Shown here: in pieces, positions 40,424-50,381 of the stretch | Layout: each line of letters starts with the position of its first letter | Position numbering within the stretch: position 1 is the first letter of the stretch | Source of the DNA: Kofleriaceae bacterium | GTDB lineage: Bacteria; Myxococcota_A; Polyangia; Haliangiales; Haliangiaceae | Reading direction: 5' to 3' | Assembly (NCBI GenBank): GCA_965215005.1 | Contig: CBDCCZ010000038.1 | Coordinates: forward strand, 1-64,000 | Length of the DNA stretch: 64,000 nt | Position numbers and translations under genes: made by a program | Notes under the pieces: model-generated | The model's input: the letters and a program-made list of their open reading frames with translations, nothing else | The model's database searches: none | What the model was told of the DNA's origin: nothing

Positions 40424-40696
40424 CGGAGGCGTGTCCCTGCGCAGCGCTGCGCGTGAAGTGAACGCCGCATCGCCATGGCCACTGCCAGGACGTTGCATGC
40501 CGCGTTCAACGTTGCGCGCCCTCGCGGCCGATGACCGCGCTCGGCGTGCCATCAGTCTCACACAACCCAAGCGCTGCTCGCACGTCGAGCAGGTGGCAAA
40601 TGTCGGCGCTGGGGGGCGCCGCGGGGAAAGGTGGGCGACGAGCGTCTGCTGCGCGCTCAAGAAGCCGTGGGCCAAGCCACTACTCCTATGGATTCA

Positions 40697-40726
40697 TTGA
40701 CAGTGTTATCAGCGGGCCGCTACCGT
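40697..40726 (+). promoter_or_regulatory. Sigma-70-like promoter for the pseudokinase gene
   Basis: TTGACA-18 nt-TACCGT, ending 10 nt before ATG 40737. Confidence 0.45.
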
Positions 40727-40736
40727 TGAAGGGTTG

Positions 40737-43187
40737 ATGACGCCGTCGAGTGCGGGTGCCGCGGGACGCCGGCTGGGCCGCTACCACTTGGCGGAGTCGC
40801 TTGGGGGCGGTCCGACGGGCGAGGTGTATCGCGCCAAGGTCTATGGCGTCGCGGGGTTCGAGCGTGAGCTCGCCGTCAAGCGACTGCACGACGAGCTGGT
40901 CGGTGACCCCGACCTCGCGGCCAAGCTGGCGGCCGCGGCGCGCGCGTACGGCAGCCTTGAGCATCCGCGGATCGCGCGACTCCACGAGTATGGCGTTGCC
41001 AACGGCGAGACCTTCACGGCGGTGGAGCTCGTGGAGGGACTCGACGTCGCGCGGCTGCTGCGCGCAACCCATGGCCGCGGTCATGCGCTCGCTCTTGGCG
41101 CTGCCGCCACCATCATTGCGCAGGCGGCGCGCGCTGTCGGCTACGCGCACGGACGCAACATTGCCCACTTTGGGTTGTGCCCGACCAACTTGCTCTGCAC
41201 CCCCGAAGGCGAGGTGAAGGTCACCGACTTTGGCCTGTTGGCGGCGCGACTTCCCGCTCGCCCCGGCGACGACAGCTTACGAGCGCGAATCCAATATCTG
41301 GCGCCCGAGCAGCTGGTCAACGAAGCGGCGTCGGCGGCGACCGACGTGTTCTCGCTGGGTGCGATCGCGTATGAGCTGTTTACCGGCGAGCCGGCGTTCA
41401 CCGGCGACAGTCCGCGCGAAATCGCTCAGCGAATCCTCTCGGGACAACGCGCGATACCGGTGCTGCCCGCGCTGTTGTCGAAGGTCTTGAGGCGATGCTT
41501 AGCACGCTCACCATTCGAACGATTTCCCGATGCGCGAGCCCTGGCGGAGGCGCTCGAAGCGGCGGTGCGTTCGACGCCGCTTGCTGGAGGTCGCGCGGAC
41601 ATTGCGCGAGCGGTCTGCGGTGCGCTCCGCGAGGCGCCAGCGGCGGTAACCGATGCGACAGCTCCACGGGCGAGCATTCCGAGCATTGCCTCCACTTCGC
41701 TGGCGGCGCGCCTGGGGCCGCGGCTGTCCTCGACGGAGCTCGAAGAAGAGCCGACGCGGGTGCAGGAGAGCTCGCCACCCGCAGCTGCGTCGGCGGCTCG
41801 ATTCCAGGACTTCGTCGCGGACCTGCCGCGGCGGCAATCGGTGACCGAGGCGGATACGGCGGTGGGGGAGTCGTCGCTGGCACAGCTCATGGTCGCCTCC
41901 AGCGACCGAGCCGACACCGATCGGTCGGCAAGGGTCGCTAGCGCGGAGCGCTCGGCGAGTGAGCGCGCCGAGACCGACGCGCAGCCAGAAAATGAGCTGG
42001 TCGCAGAATGGTCGGATCGTGGGCGTCCCGCGAGCGACTCGGGCGCGATGGAGCGCGCGGCGACGACGATGCAGCGCGCCGTGCCCGGTGGCGAGGCAGC
42101 CGAGGACGCCACGGACGAGCTCGAATTCGCCGATCTATCGGTGCTGACGCCGCTTCCTGCCGAAGTTCCGCAGGCGCCTTCGATCCCGCTCAGTGCGAAG
42201 CTGCCGTTTGCCTTTTCCGGAAGTGCGGCTGGCCAAGACGGACCAGTCGCCGAGCCTGTCGCGACGAAGCCGTTTGCCTTTAGCGGAGGTGCTGCTGGCC
42301 GAGACGGACCACTTGACGAGCCCGCCGCGCCAGAGCCGTTTGTCTCTGGTGCCGTGGCGGCCACCTCGTCGCGGCCGCCCGACACGATCCCACCGCACGA
42401 TGCGCCGCTTCTCCGCGGTGACGCCGAAGCCACGGCCAGCTCCGATGAGGAGCGGCAAGCTGCACGAGCGGATGCTGCACCAGTGCAGCTTGCGACGGCC
42501 GCCCGTCGGTCCCGTCGCGGCATCGCCGGCGGGGTTGCCGCGTTGCTAGCCGCTGCGCTCGCGGTCGGTTCGCTGGTTCTTTACGATCAGATCGCAGATA
42601 GGCAGCGGCACGTAGCGCCGCCTCCCACGACAGAGACGATAGTCGCATCGAGCCAAGCCGATCGACCTGCGAGCGTTTCGAGCGAGGCATCGGCGCCATC
42701 CGCCAGCCTCGACTCGCCACCGCCGGTGATCGCGTTGCCGCCTAGCGACGAGGAGCAACCAGTTCCGGCCGAGCTGCGCATCGCCACCGAGCCCCCCGGC
42801 GCCAAGGTGTACGTGGATGGTCGCTTGCGCGGCAAAGCGCCGGTCACGCTCGACGCGACCGACGACGAACACTCGCTGGCCATCATCATGCCTGGATACA
42901 AGCTGCACACCTCGCAAATCGATGGCCAAGGTGACCTAACGATCGCGCTCGAGGAGGTCACGCCTCCAGGCGGCCGCGGCGGCATCAAGGTGCGATGTCG
43001 GCACAAGAACCGCTACTACGTATTCGTCGACGGCTACGATATCGGCCAGCTGTGCCCATCCGAGCGCATCGGCGCCGACGTTGGCGCGCACGTCGTCGAG
43101 ATTTACGATCCAGAGACTGAGAGCCGCCGTGAGTTCCACGTCGAGGTCAAGCAAACCCGGCTGAGCTTGCGCGTGCGCGTCGACTAG
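40737..43187 (+). CDS. Membrane Ser/Thr pseudokinase with extracytoplasmic PEGA domain
   Basis: GRYHL..LGGGPTGEVY, LAVK, HFGLCPTN (no HRD Asp), DFG, YLAPEQ; long linker, TM, IATEPPGAKVYVDG (PEGA). Confidence 0.85.
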   Translation: MTPSSAGAAGRRLGRYHLAESLGGGPTGEVYRAKVYGVAGFERELAVKRLHDELVGDPDLAAKLAAAARAYGSLEHPRIARLHEYGVANGETFTAVELVEGLDVARLLRATHGRGHALALGAAATIIAQAARAVGYAHGRNIAHFGLCPTNLLCTPEGEVKVTDFGLLAARLPARPGDDSLRARIQYLAPEQLVNEAASAATDVFSLGAIAYELFTGEPAFTGDSPREIAQRILSGQRAIPVLPALLSKVLRRCLARSPFERFPDARALAEALEAAVRSTPLAGGRADIARAVCGALREAPAAVTDATAPRASIPSIASTSLAARLGPRLSSTELEEEPTRVQESSPPAAASAARFQDFVADLPRRQSVTEADTAVGESSLAQLMVASSDRADTDRSARVASAERSASERAETDAQPENELVAEWSDRGRPASDSGAMERAATTMQRAVPGGEAAEDATDELEFADLSVLTPLPAEVPQAPSIPLSAKLPFAFSGSAAGQDGPVAEPVATKPFAFSGGAAGRDGPLDEPAAPEPFVSGAVAATSSRPPDTIPPHDAPLLRGDAEATASSDEERQAARADAAPVQLATAARRSRRGIAGGVAALLAAALAVGSLVLYDQIADRQRHVAPPPTTETIVASSQADRPASVSSEASAPSASLDSPPPVIALPPSDEEQPVPAELRIATEPPGAKVYVDGRLRGKAPVTLDATDDEHSLAIIMPGYKLHTSQIDGQGDLTIALEEVTPPGGRGGIKVRCRHKNRYYVFVDGYDIGQLCPSERIGADVGAHVVEIYDPETESRREFHVEVKQTRLSLRVRVD

Positions 43188-43703
43188 TCCGCCGCCGCGG
43201 GACTTATGACGCAGAAATCCGCCACCCCGATGCGGGGCAAGGGCGGCAGATTTCTGCTGCTCAGGTGCCCCTCTCGGCGTCTCCCCAAGCGATTGTTGCT
43301 TTGCTAGCGGTTTGCCGGCTAACGCCGCAAACCGCTAGACCGACGCCGCGGGACTTATGACGCAGAAATCCGCCACCCCGATGCGGGGCAAGGGCGGCAG
43401 ATTTCTGCTGCTCAGGTGCCCCTCTCGGCGTCTCCCCAAGCGATTGTTGCTTTGCTAGCGGTTTGCCGGCTAACGCCGCAAACCGCTAGACCGACGCCGC
43501 GGGACTTATGACGCAGAAATCCGCCACCCCGATGCGGGGCAAAGGCGGCAGATTTCTGCTGCTCAGGTGCCCCTCTCGGCGTCTCCCCAAGCGATTGTTG
43601 CTTTGCTAGCGGTTTGCCGGCTAACGCCGCAAACCGCTAGACCGACGCCGCGGGACTTATGACGCAGAAATCCGCCACCCCGATGCGGGGCAAGGGCGGC
43701 AGA
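43184..43703 (-). repeat. Tandem array of about 3.4 copies of the 151-bp repeat
   Basis: CTAG at 43184, 43335, 43486 and 43637 (period 151). Units almost identical (one G>A in copy 3; first junction differs slightly). Last copy breaks off at 43703. Confidence 0.95.
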
Positions 43704-43708
43704 GCTGG

Positions 43709-45070
<1,362 letters not shown>

Positions 45071-45095
45071 AGTACGCGTGCTGAGGTTTGGCTGT

Positions 45096-46820
45096 CTACT
45101 GCGTGCGACCGATGGCTGCGTCGAGAAGCTCGATTTTTTCGCTGGGTTGCGTGCTCGCAGCGCTGGACTCCGGGGAGGTCCCGGGCAGCGCGGAGGGCGC
45201 GGGAGCAGGTGTTTGGGGCAAGCGCGGAAGACTCGGTCCCGATAGTCCCACCGCCGCCGCCGCGCCAATTCCCAGCAGCAGGATCACCAGCAGCGCGAGC
45301 CACATGCTGGTGGAGTTGCTCGGCGCCACCTCCGAGCGCGGCTCTGCAGCCGGTGCCTGTGCGTCGGCACCTCGATCGACATAGACGTGCGCGGGCAGTG
45401 GCGTGGTTGAAATCAGCGAGCCTTCGGTCTTACTACCCGCTGGAGACCGAGGATCGTCGCCCTCTTCGAGCGAGGCGATGGAGTCCATGGCGGCGGCCGC
45501 GACGCGATCGAGCTCGTCATCATCCGGCGATCGTGGAGACACCAGCGGCGCCGACTGTAAATCGTCTAGGTCGACCAATGGCTGCGCTCCAGCCTCGTCC
45601 ATTGCCGCCAGCTTGGCCATGGAGGTGAGCTCCACGCCTTGCAGTCGCGTGAGGTTGGTGAGCGAGGTGAGGGCTCTGCGCTTGCGCAGCGACTTGGCGC
45701 TGAGCAGCGGCGCCTCCTCGCGCTCTTCGTCCACCACGCTCAGCAGCTCACCGGCGCTGCGTTGCCCGACGCCGCTGGTGTCGATCTGCTCGGTGCCTTC
45801 GACATCGTAGAGCTCGGTGCCGCCAGCCAATGCCTGGGTACCCGCGCCCAGACTCGTGGCGCGTGCCTCATTGACACTGCGCCAGGTATCTGGCTCGCCG
45901 CACACAGCGCGCAGGTGCTGCGCCAGCTCAGGAGCGCTCATCATCAAGCCGAAGCGATGCGCGACGCGCAGCAGCGCTTCTTGAAATTCACCAGCGGTTT
46001 GATAGCGATGATCCGGGTCGAGCGCGAGAGCCTTGAGCATGACCTTGTCGAGCTCGGGCGGAATGCCGGGAACTTTGCGCGAGAGCAGCGGCACCGGCTG
46101 GCTGTAGATCTCCTCGGCCGAGGTGGTGAGCCCGGCGTGAACGAAGAGGCGCTCGCCGGTGATGATCTCGTAGACGCAAACCGCGAGCGAATATAGGTCG
46201 GAGCGGTGGTCGAGCGGCTCGCTCTTGGCCTGCTCCGGCGACATGTAGCCGATCTTGCCTTTGACTCGATAGAACACCGAGTTGTGCGTCGCGGCCTTGG
46301 CGATGCCAAAGTCGGTGAGCTTCACCTCGCCGTTTTGCGACACCAAGATGTTCGAAGGCGATACATCGCGGTGGATGAGCCGCAAAGGCTGGTCGTCGGG
46401 GCCGGATTTGTTGTGCGCGTATGCCAGCGCCGAGAGCATCTCGCGGGCAACGTAGATGCCGGCCGCGGGAGAAAACGCCCGTTTGCGCCGCTTGGTCTTC
46501 TTGAGGATGGTCCGCAGGTCGGCGCCCGGCAGGTACTCCATGACGATGAAGTACTCATCGCCGGCGGTGACCAGGTCGATGGTGTGAATGATGTTGGCGT
46601 GGTCCAGGGTCGCCGATAGTCGCGCCTCGCGCAAAAACAGGTCGATGAACTCGGGCTGCTGCGTGAACTCCGGCAACAGCTGCTTGAGCACGACCTCTTT
46701 CTCGAAGCCGCCGGCACCGAGCTTCTTGCCGATGTAGATCGCCCCCATGCCACCCTCGGAGAGGTACTCCAAGACGACATAGCGATCGATGGGCGCCCCT
46801 TGCGGCGAGCTGTCGACCAT
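45096..46820 (-). CDS. Membrane-anchored Ser/Thr protein kinase
   Basis: SEGGMGAIY, VVLK, HRDVSPSN, DFG, GKIGYMSPEQ; C-terminal TM helix. Confidence 0.9.
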   Translation of the reverse strand: MVDSSPQGAPIDRYVVLEYLSEGGMGAIYIGKKLGAGGFEKEVVLKQLLPEFTQQPEFIDLFLREARLSATLDHANIIHTIDLVTAGDEYFIVMEYLPGADLRTILKKTKRRKRAFSPAAGIYVAREMLSALAYAHNKSGPDDQPLRLIHRDVSPSNILVSQNGEVKLTDFGIAKAATHNSVFYRVKGKIGYMSPEQAKSEPLDHRSDLYSLAVCVYEIITGERLFVHAGLTTSAEEIYSQPVPLLSRKVPGIPPELDKVMLKALALDPDHRYQTAGEFQEALLRVAHRFGLMMSAPELAQHLRAVCGEPDTWRSVNEARATSLGAGTQALAGGTELYDVEGTEQIDTSGVGQRSAGELLSVVDEEREEAPLLSAKSLRKRRALTSLTNLTRLQGVELTSMAKLAAMDEAGAQPLVDLDDLQSAPLVSPRSPDDDELDRVAAAAMDSIASLEEGDDPRSPAGSKTEGSLISTTPLPAHVYVDRGADAQAPAAEPRSEVAPSNSTSMWLALLVILLLGIGAAAAVGLSGPSLPRLPQTPAPAPSALPGTSPESSAASTQPSEKIELLDAAIGRTQ

Positions 46821-46975
46821 CCCGCTGCAGCATAACACCCGAGCATCTCAGGCGGCTTACCGGGCTGCGGCATTGCTCGCCCACATGTCGGCAAAGGAGG
46901 GATTGCCAGAGCGACAGTTGCTGGCTTCGACTCACCGCCGCCGCCCTTGCAGGTGCTCGATGGCATGCTGCGTGG

Positions 46976-48055
46976 GTGTGGCGCGCACGTGCAATGATCG
47001 TCGTCGTTGGCTGGGTGTGCGGCTGTGGCCAAGAGGCGGCGCTGATGGTCGATGCCTTCGATGCCGGAGCGGCTGTCGATGCAGGCGATGGAGCGGTGCC
47101 CGAGGCCGCGTGCCCGACGAGTCCGCGACCGACTCCGCCCGCGGAGCTGAGATTTTGGCTTACTGGCAACGCTGAGGACGCCTGCGTTTCGCTCGAGAGC
47201 GCCGTTATGGTGCTCATGGGCGGCGGCAACGAGGTCGACCAGGCGTTCGCGCAGGTCCGCTTGCAGGTGGGGCGCGCTGACGTGGTGGTGCTTCGAACCG
47301 ATGCTCGCAGCACCTACAACGACTATCTGGCCGAGTTGTTAGCTGCCGACTCGGTCGAGACGCTGGTGATTGATTCGCGCGACGCTGCGAGCAGCGCCTA
47401 CGTCGAGTGGGTGCTGGCGTCGGCGGAGATGGTGTGGATCGCCGGCGGCGATCAATCGCGCTATCTCGAGCTCTGGCAAGACACGGCGGTGTCCCGGGAG
47501 CTGGCGGCGCTGCATGCGCGCGGTGGGGTCATCGGTGGCACCTCAGCGGGGCTTGCGGTGCTGAGCGAGGTCGTCTACGACCCGGGGGAGGCCGACTCGG
47601 CGACCAGCGCGGAGGCCGCCGCCGATCCATGCCATCGCAACGTGGCCCTTTCGAAGGGCTTCGCGGGGCTGTCGGCGATGCGCGGCGTGGTCGCCGATTC
47701 GCACTTTCGCGAGCGCGATCGGCTCGGGCGGTTGCTGGTGTTCATGGCGAAAGCCGCAGAGATGGTAGAGCCGCGAGGAGTCACTGGCATCGGAGTCGAC
47801 GAGGACACGGCAGTCATCGTCGAGGCGAGCGGGCGAGCGCGCGTGTTTGGCGCCGGTGCGGCGTACGTTCTGCGCGCCGATGCGCAGTCTGCGCTCGGCT
47901 CCCTGCGCTGCGGCCAACCGGTCGACTATCGCGGCGTAGTGCGATATCGGCTACGCGACGGCGATGTTCTCGAGCTGGCCACGGGCGAAGGCTCGGTGTC
48001 GGCGACCCGTGTGGGTCTCGCCGATGGCCGCTACGCGCCGAGCGATCCGTATTAG
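46976..48055 (+). CDS. Cyanophycinase-like peptidase (S51), probable lipoprotein
   Basis: VCGC leader; LMGGG, IAGGDQ.RY, GGTSAG (Ser), DSHF.ERDR.GRL (His), GVDEDT (Glu). Confidence 0.85.
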   Translation: MWRARAMIVVVGWVCGCGQEAALMVDAFDAGAAVDAGDGAVPEAACPTSPRPTPPAELRFWLTGNAEDACVSLESAVMVLMGGGNEVDQAFAQVRLQVGRADVVVLRTDARSTYNDYLAELLAADSVETLVIDSRDAASSAYVEWVLASAEMVWIAGGDQSRYLELWQDTAVSRELAALHARGGVIGGTSAGLAVLSEVVYDPGEADSATSAEAAADPCHRNVALSKGFAGLSAMRGVVADSHFRERDRLGRLLVFMAKAAEMVEPRGVTGIGVDEDTAVIVEASGRARVFGAGAAYVLRADAQSALGSLRCGQPVDYRGVVRYRLRDGDVLELATGEGSVSATRVGLADGRYAPSDPY

Positions 48056-48201
48056 TGGTTCACGGCGGAAGTCGTGAACCGCTAGAAAGCAACGGTCGAT
48101 GAGGGAGACGCCGAAGGGGGCACGTGAGTAGCAGAAATCTGCCGCCCTTGCCCCGCATCGGGGCGGCGGATTTCTGCGTCATCAATCCCGCGGCGGCGTA
48201 C
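48052..48201 (+). repeat. Copy of the ~151-bp structured interspersed repeat
   Basis: Begins at the TAG stop of the peptidase gene and contains both hairpins. Confidence 0.92.
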
Positions 48202-48218
48202 TAATGGTGTCGAGCGGC

Positions 48219-48518
48219 TCACATGCACGCGAGCACTTGCTCGCAGCTCTCGGCCTGGCCTAGGCACGTGGCGTGATCATCGACCAGCCGCTTGCCCTCG
48301 GCATCGCGCTCGAGCGCGGTGCACGCGGCTTCGCACTCGTCGGCGTCGAAGGTGAGCTCGGTTTCCTCGCTGGTGTCTACGCAGCGCGCTTCGCGCCGGC
48401 ACATCTCGCGGCATCGCTGACTTCGCGGCGCGGCGCAGCCGGCCAGCACTGCAAGTGCGAGCAGGAGCGACAGCGCGGCGCGGCTGTCAATCTTTGCGCA
48501 TCTGCGGATCGAGTGCAT
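48219..48518 (-). CDS. Small Cys-rich lipoprotein
   Basis: LAGC lipobox then 8 Cys (CxxxC.....C...CxxxC...C......C.....C). Start uncertain. Confidence 0.65.
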   Translation of the reverse strand: MHSIRRCAKIDSRAALSLLLALAVLAGCAAPRSQRCREMCRREARCVDTSEETELTFDADECEAACTALERDAEGKRLVDDHATCLGQAESCEQVLACM

Positions 48519-49467
48519 CGCGAAGTCCATCGCCGAGAAAGTTGAGCGAGAAGATGGTGATGCCCATGACCAGGCCCGGACCGATCAAGATCCATGGTTA
48601 GACGAGAATCTGGCCTGCGCCTTCGGTGACCAGGGTGCCCCAAGAAGCCAATGGAGCCTGCACTCCGAGTCCGATGAACGACAGGAAGGCTTCGGTGAGC
48701 ATGACGCTGGGAATCGAGAGCGTGGCGTAGACGATGATCGGCCCCAAGGTGTTGGGAACCACGTGCCGCGCGATGATGCGCGGGGTGGGCACGCCGATGC
48801 AGCGCGCGGCTTCGATGAACTCGCGATGGCGCAGCGACAACACCTGGCCGCGCACGATACGGGCCATGTTGAGCCAAGAGATTGCGCCGATGAGCATGAA
48901 CAACAGCACGATGCTGCGCGAGTCGATCACCGCCATGATGACGATGACGAACACCACCGTGGGAAACGCATACATGATGTCGACGAAGCGCATCATGACT
49001 TCATCGATCTTGCCGCCGGCGTAAGCGGCCACCGCGCCCCAGCTCACGCCGATGACCAGCGCGACAGCCGTGGCCACGAGGCCGACGGTGATGGCGATGC
49101 GGCCGCCGATCATCGTGCGCACCAACATGTCGCGCCCGAGGCTATCGGTTCCCATCCAGTGGGTCGCGCTCGGACCAGCCGCGCCCACGTCGTAGTTTTG
49201 CGTGAGCCCATCGACCCCGAACCAGCCGGCGATGATGGGACCGAGAAACGAGAACAGACACACCAATCCGAAGATCGCGCCGCAAATCACCGCCATGCGG
49301 TTCTTCTTGAGCCGGCGCCAGGCATCGACCCACAGCGACTGCGGCGGCGTGACCGGCTTCCAACCGATGGGACCGACCGGCCCTTTGGCGGCATCGGGCA
49401 TGGGCTCGCCGACGACGTCGGGCTTGGCCAGCGCGGGCGCGGCTTTGTCAACGGGAGGCTGACTCAT
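48487..49467 (-). pseudogene. oppC: Oligopeptide ABC permease OppC with an in-frame TAA at 48598-48600
   Basis: HWMGTDSLGRD, EFIEAAR..G, EAFLSFIGLG...GQILV*PWILIGPGLVMGITIFSLNFLGDGLRDALDPQMRKD*. The conserved C-terminus continues in frame past the stop. Confidence 0.85.
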
Positions 49468-50381
49468 CGCTTGCCTCGAATCCGCGGATCGAGCACGCCG
49501 TAGGCGATGTCGACGAGGAGGTTCATGAGCACCAGGAACACTGAATAGAAGATCAACACGCCGGTGAGCACCGGGTAATCACGATCGGTGATCGAGGCGA
49601 TGAAGTAGAAGCCCAAGCCGGGAATCTGGAAGATCTTTTCGACCACGAAGGAGCCGGTGATCAGCGCCGCCATCGCTGGCCCGAGATAGGTCACTACCGG
49701 CAACAGCCCGAGCCGGATCGCGTGTTTCCACACGATGCGACCCTCCGAGAGGCCCTTGGCGCGCGCGGTGCGAATGTAGTCCTGGCGCATGGTCTCGAGC
49801 AGACCACTGCGCGCTAGCCGCGCGATGATGCCCATGTAGATCATCCCGAGCGTCGCCGAAGGCAGGATCCACGTGAGCACGCCTTCGAAGCGTGCTGGCG
49901 GCAGCCAGCCGAGCTGAAGCGAGAACGCCAGGATGAGAATGGGGCCGAGCACGAAGGCGGGAATGGAAATCCCAAACAGCGCGAGCGCCATCGCGCCGTG
50001 GTCGAGCCAGGTGTTGTGGCGCTTGGCGGCGACCACTCCGAACGTGATGCCAAACAGCAGCGCGAACGCAAACGAGCAGATTCCCAAGATCGCGCTGCGC
50101 GGAAAGTGCTCGGCGATGATTTCCTTCACCGACTGGGTGCGCTTCATGGAGTAGCCGAGATCGAGCTGCACCAAGCGGCCCATGTAGCGCGCGTATTGCT
50201 CCAGGAGCGGCTTGTCGAGGTCGTAGCGCTTCTCGATGTTGGCCTTGACCTCCGGCTGCAGCTGCCGCTCTTCATCGAACGGGCCGCCTGGCGCCGCTCG
50301 CAGCATGAAGAACGAGAACGTCGCGACGAAGAAGATCACCACCAGGCCACCGAGCAGGCGCCCAAGGACCAGTCTGAGCAT
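49464..50381 (-). CDS. oppB: Oligopeptide ABC permease OppB
   Basis: APGGPFD, DYIRTARAKGL, GSFVVEKIFQIPGLG, DPRIR. Confidence 0.92.
   Translation of the reverse strand: MLRLVLGRLLGGLVVIFFVATFSFFMLRAAPGGPFDEERQLQPEVKANIEKRYDLDKPLLEQYARYMGRLVQLDLGYSMKRTQSVKEIIAEHFPRSAILGICSFAFALLFGITFGVVAAKRHNTWLDHGAMALALFGISIPAFVLGPILILAFSLQLGWLPPARFEGVLTWILPSATLGMIYMGIIARLARSGLLETMRQDYIRTARAKGLSEGRIVWKHAIRLGLLPVVTYLGPAMAALITGSFVVEKIFQIPGLGFYFIASITDRDYPVLTGVLIFYSVFLVLMNLLVDIAYGVLDPRIRGKR

Noticed and set aside
43184..43703. Possible CRISPR array
   Set aside because: Units are 151 bp and essentially identical end to end, with no unique spacers and no cas genes in the window.
48052..48201. Repeat copies as simple rho-independent terminators
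   Set aside because: No consistent U-tract, and copies also occur between divergent genes and in either orientation relative to transcription.
48598..48600. Stop-codon reassignment or programmed readthrough
   Set aside because: TAA ends other genes normally in this window, and it is not a Sec or Pyl codon.
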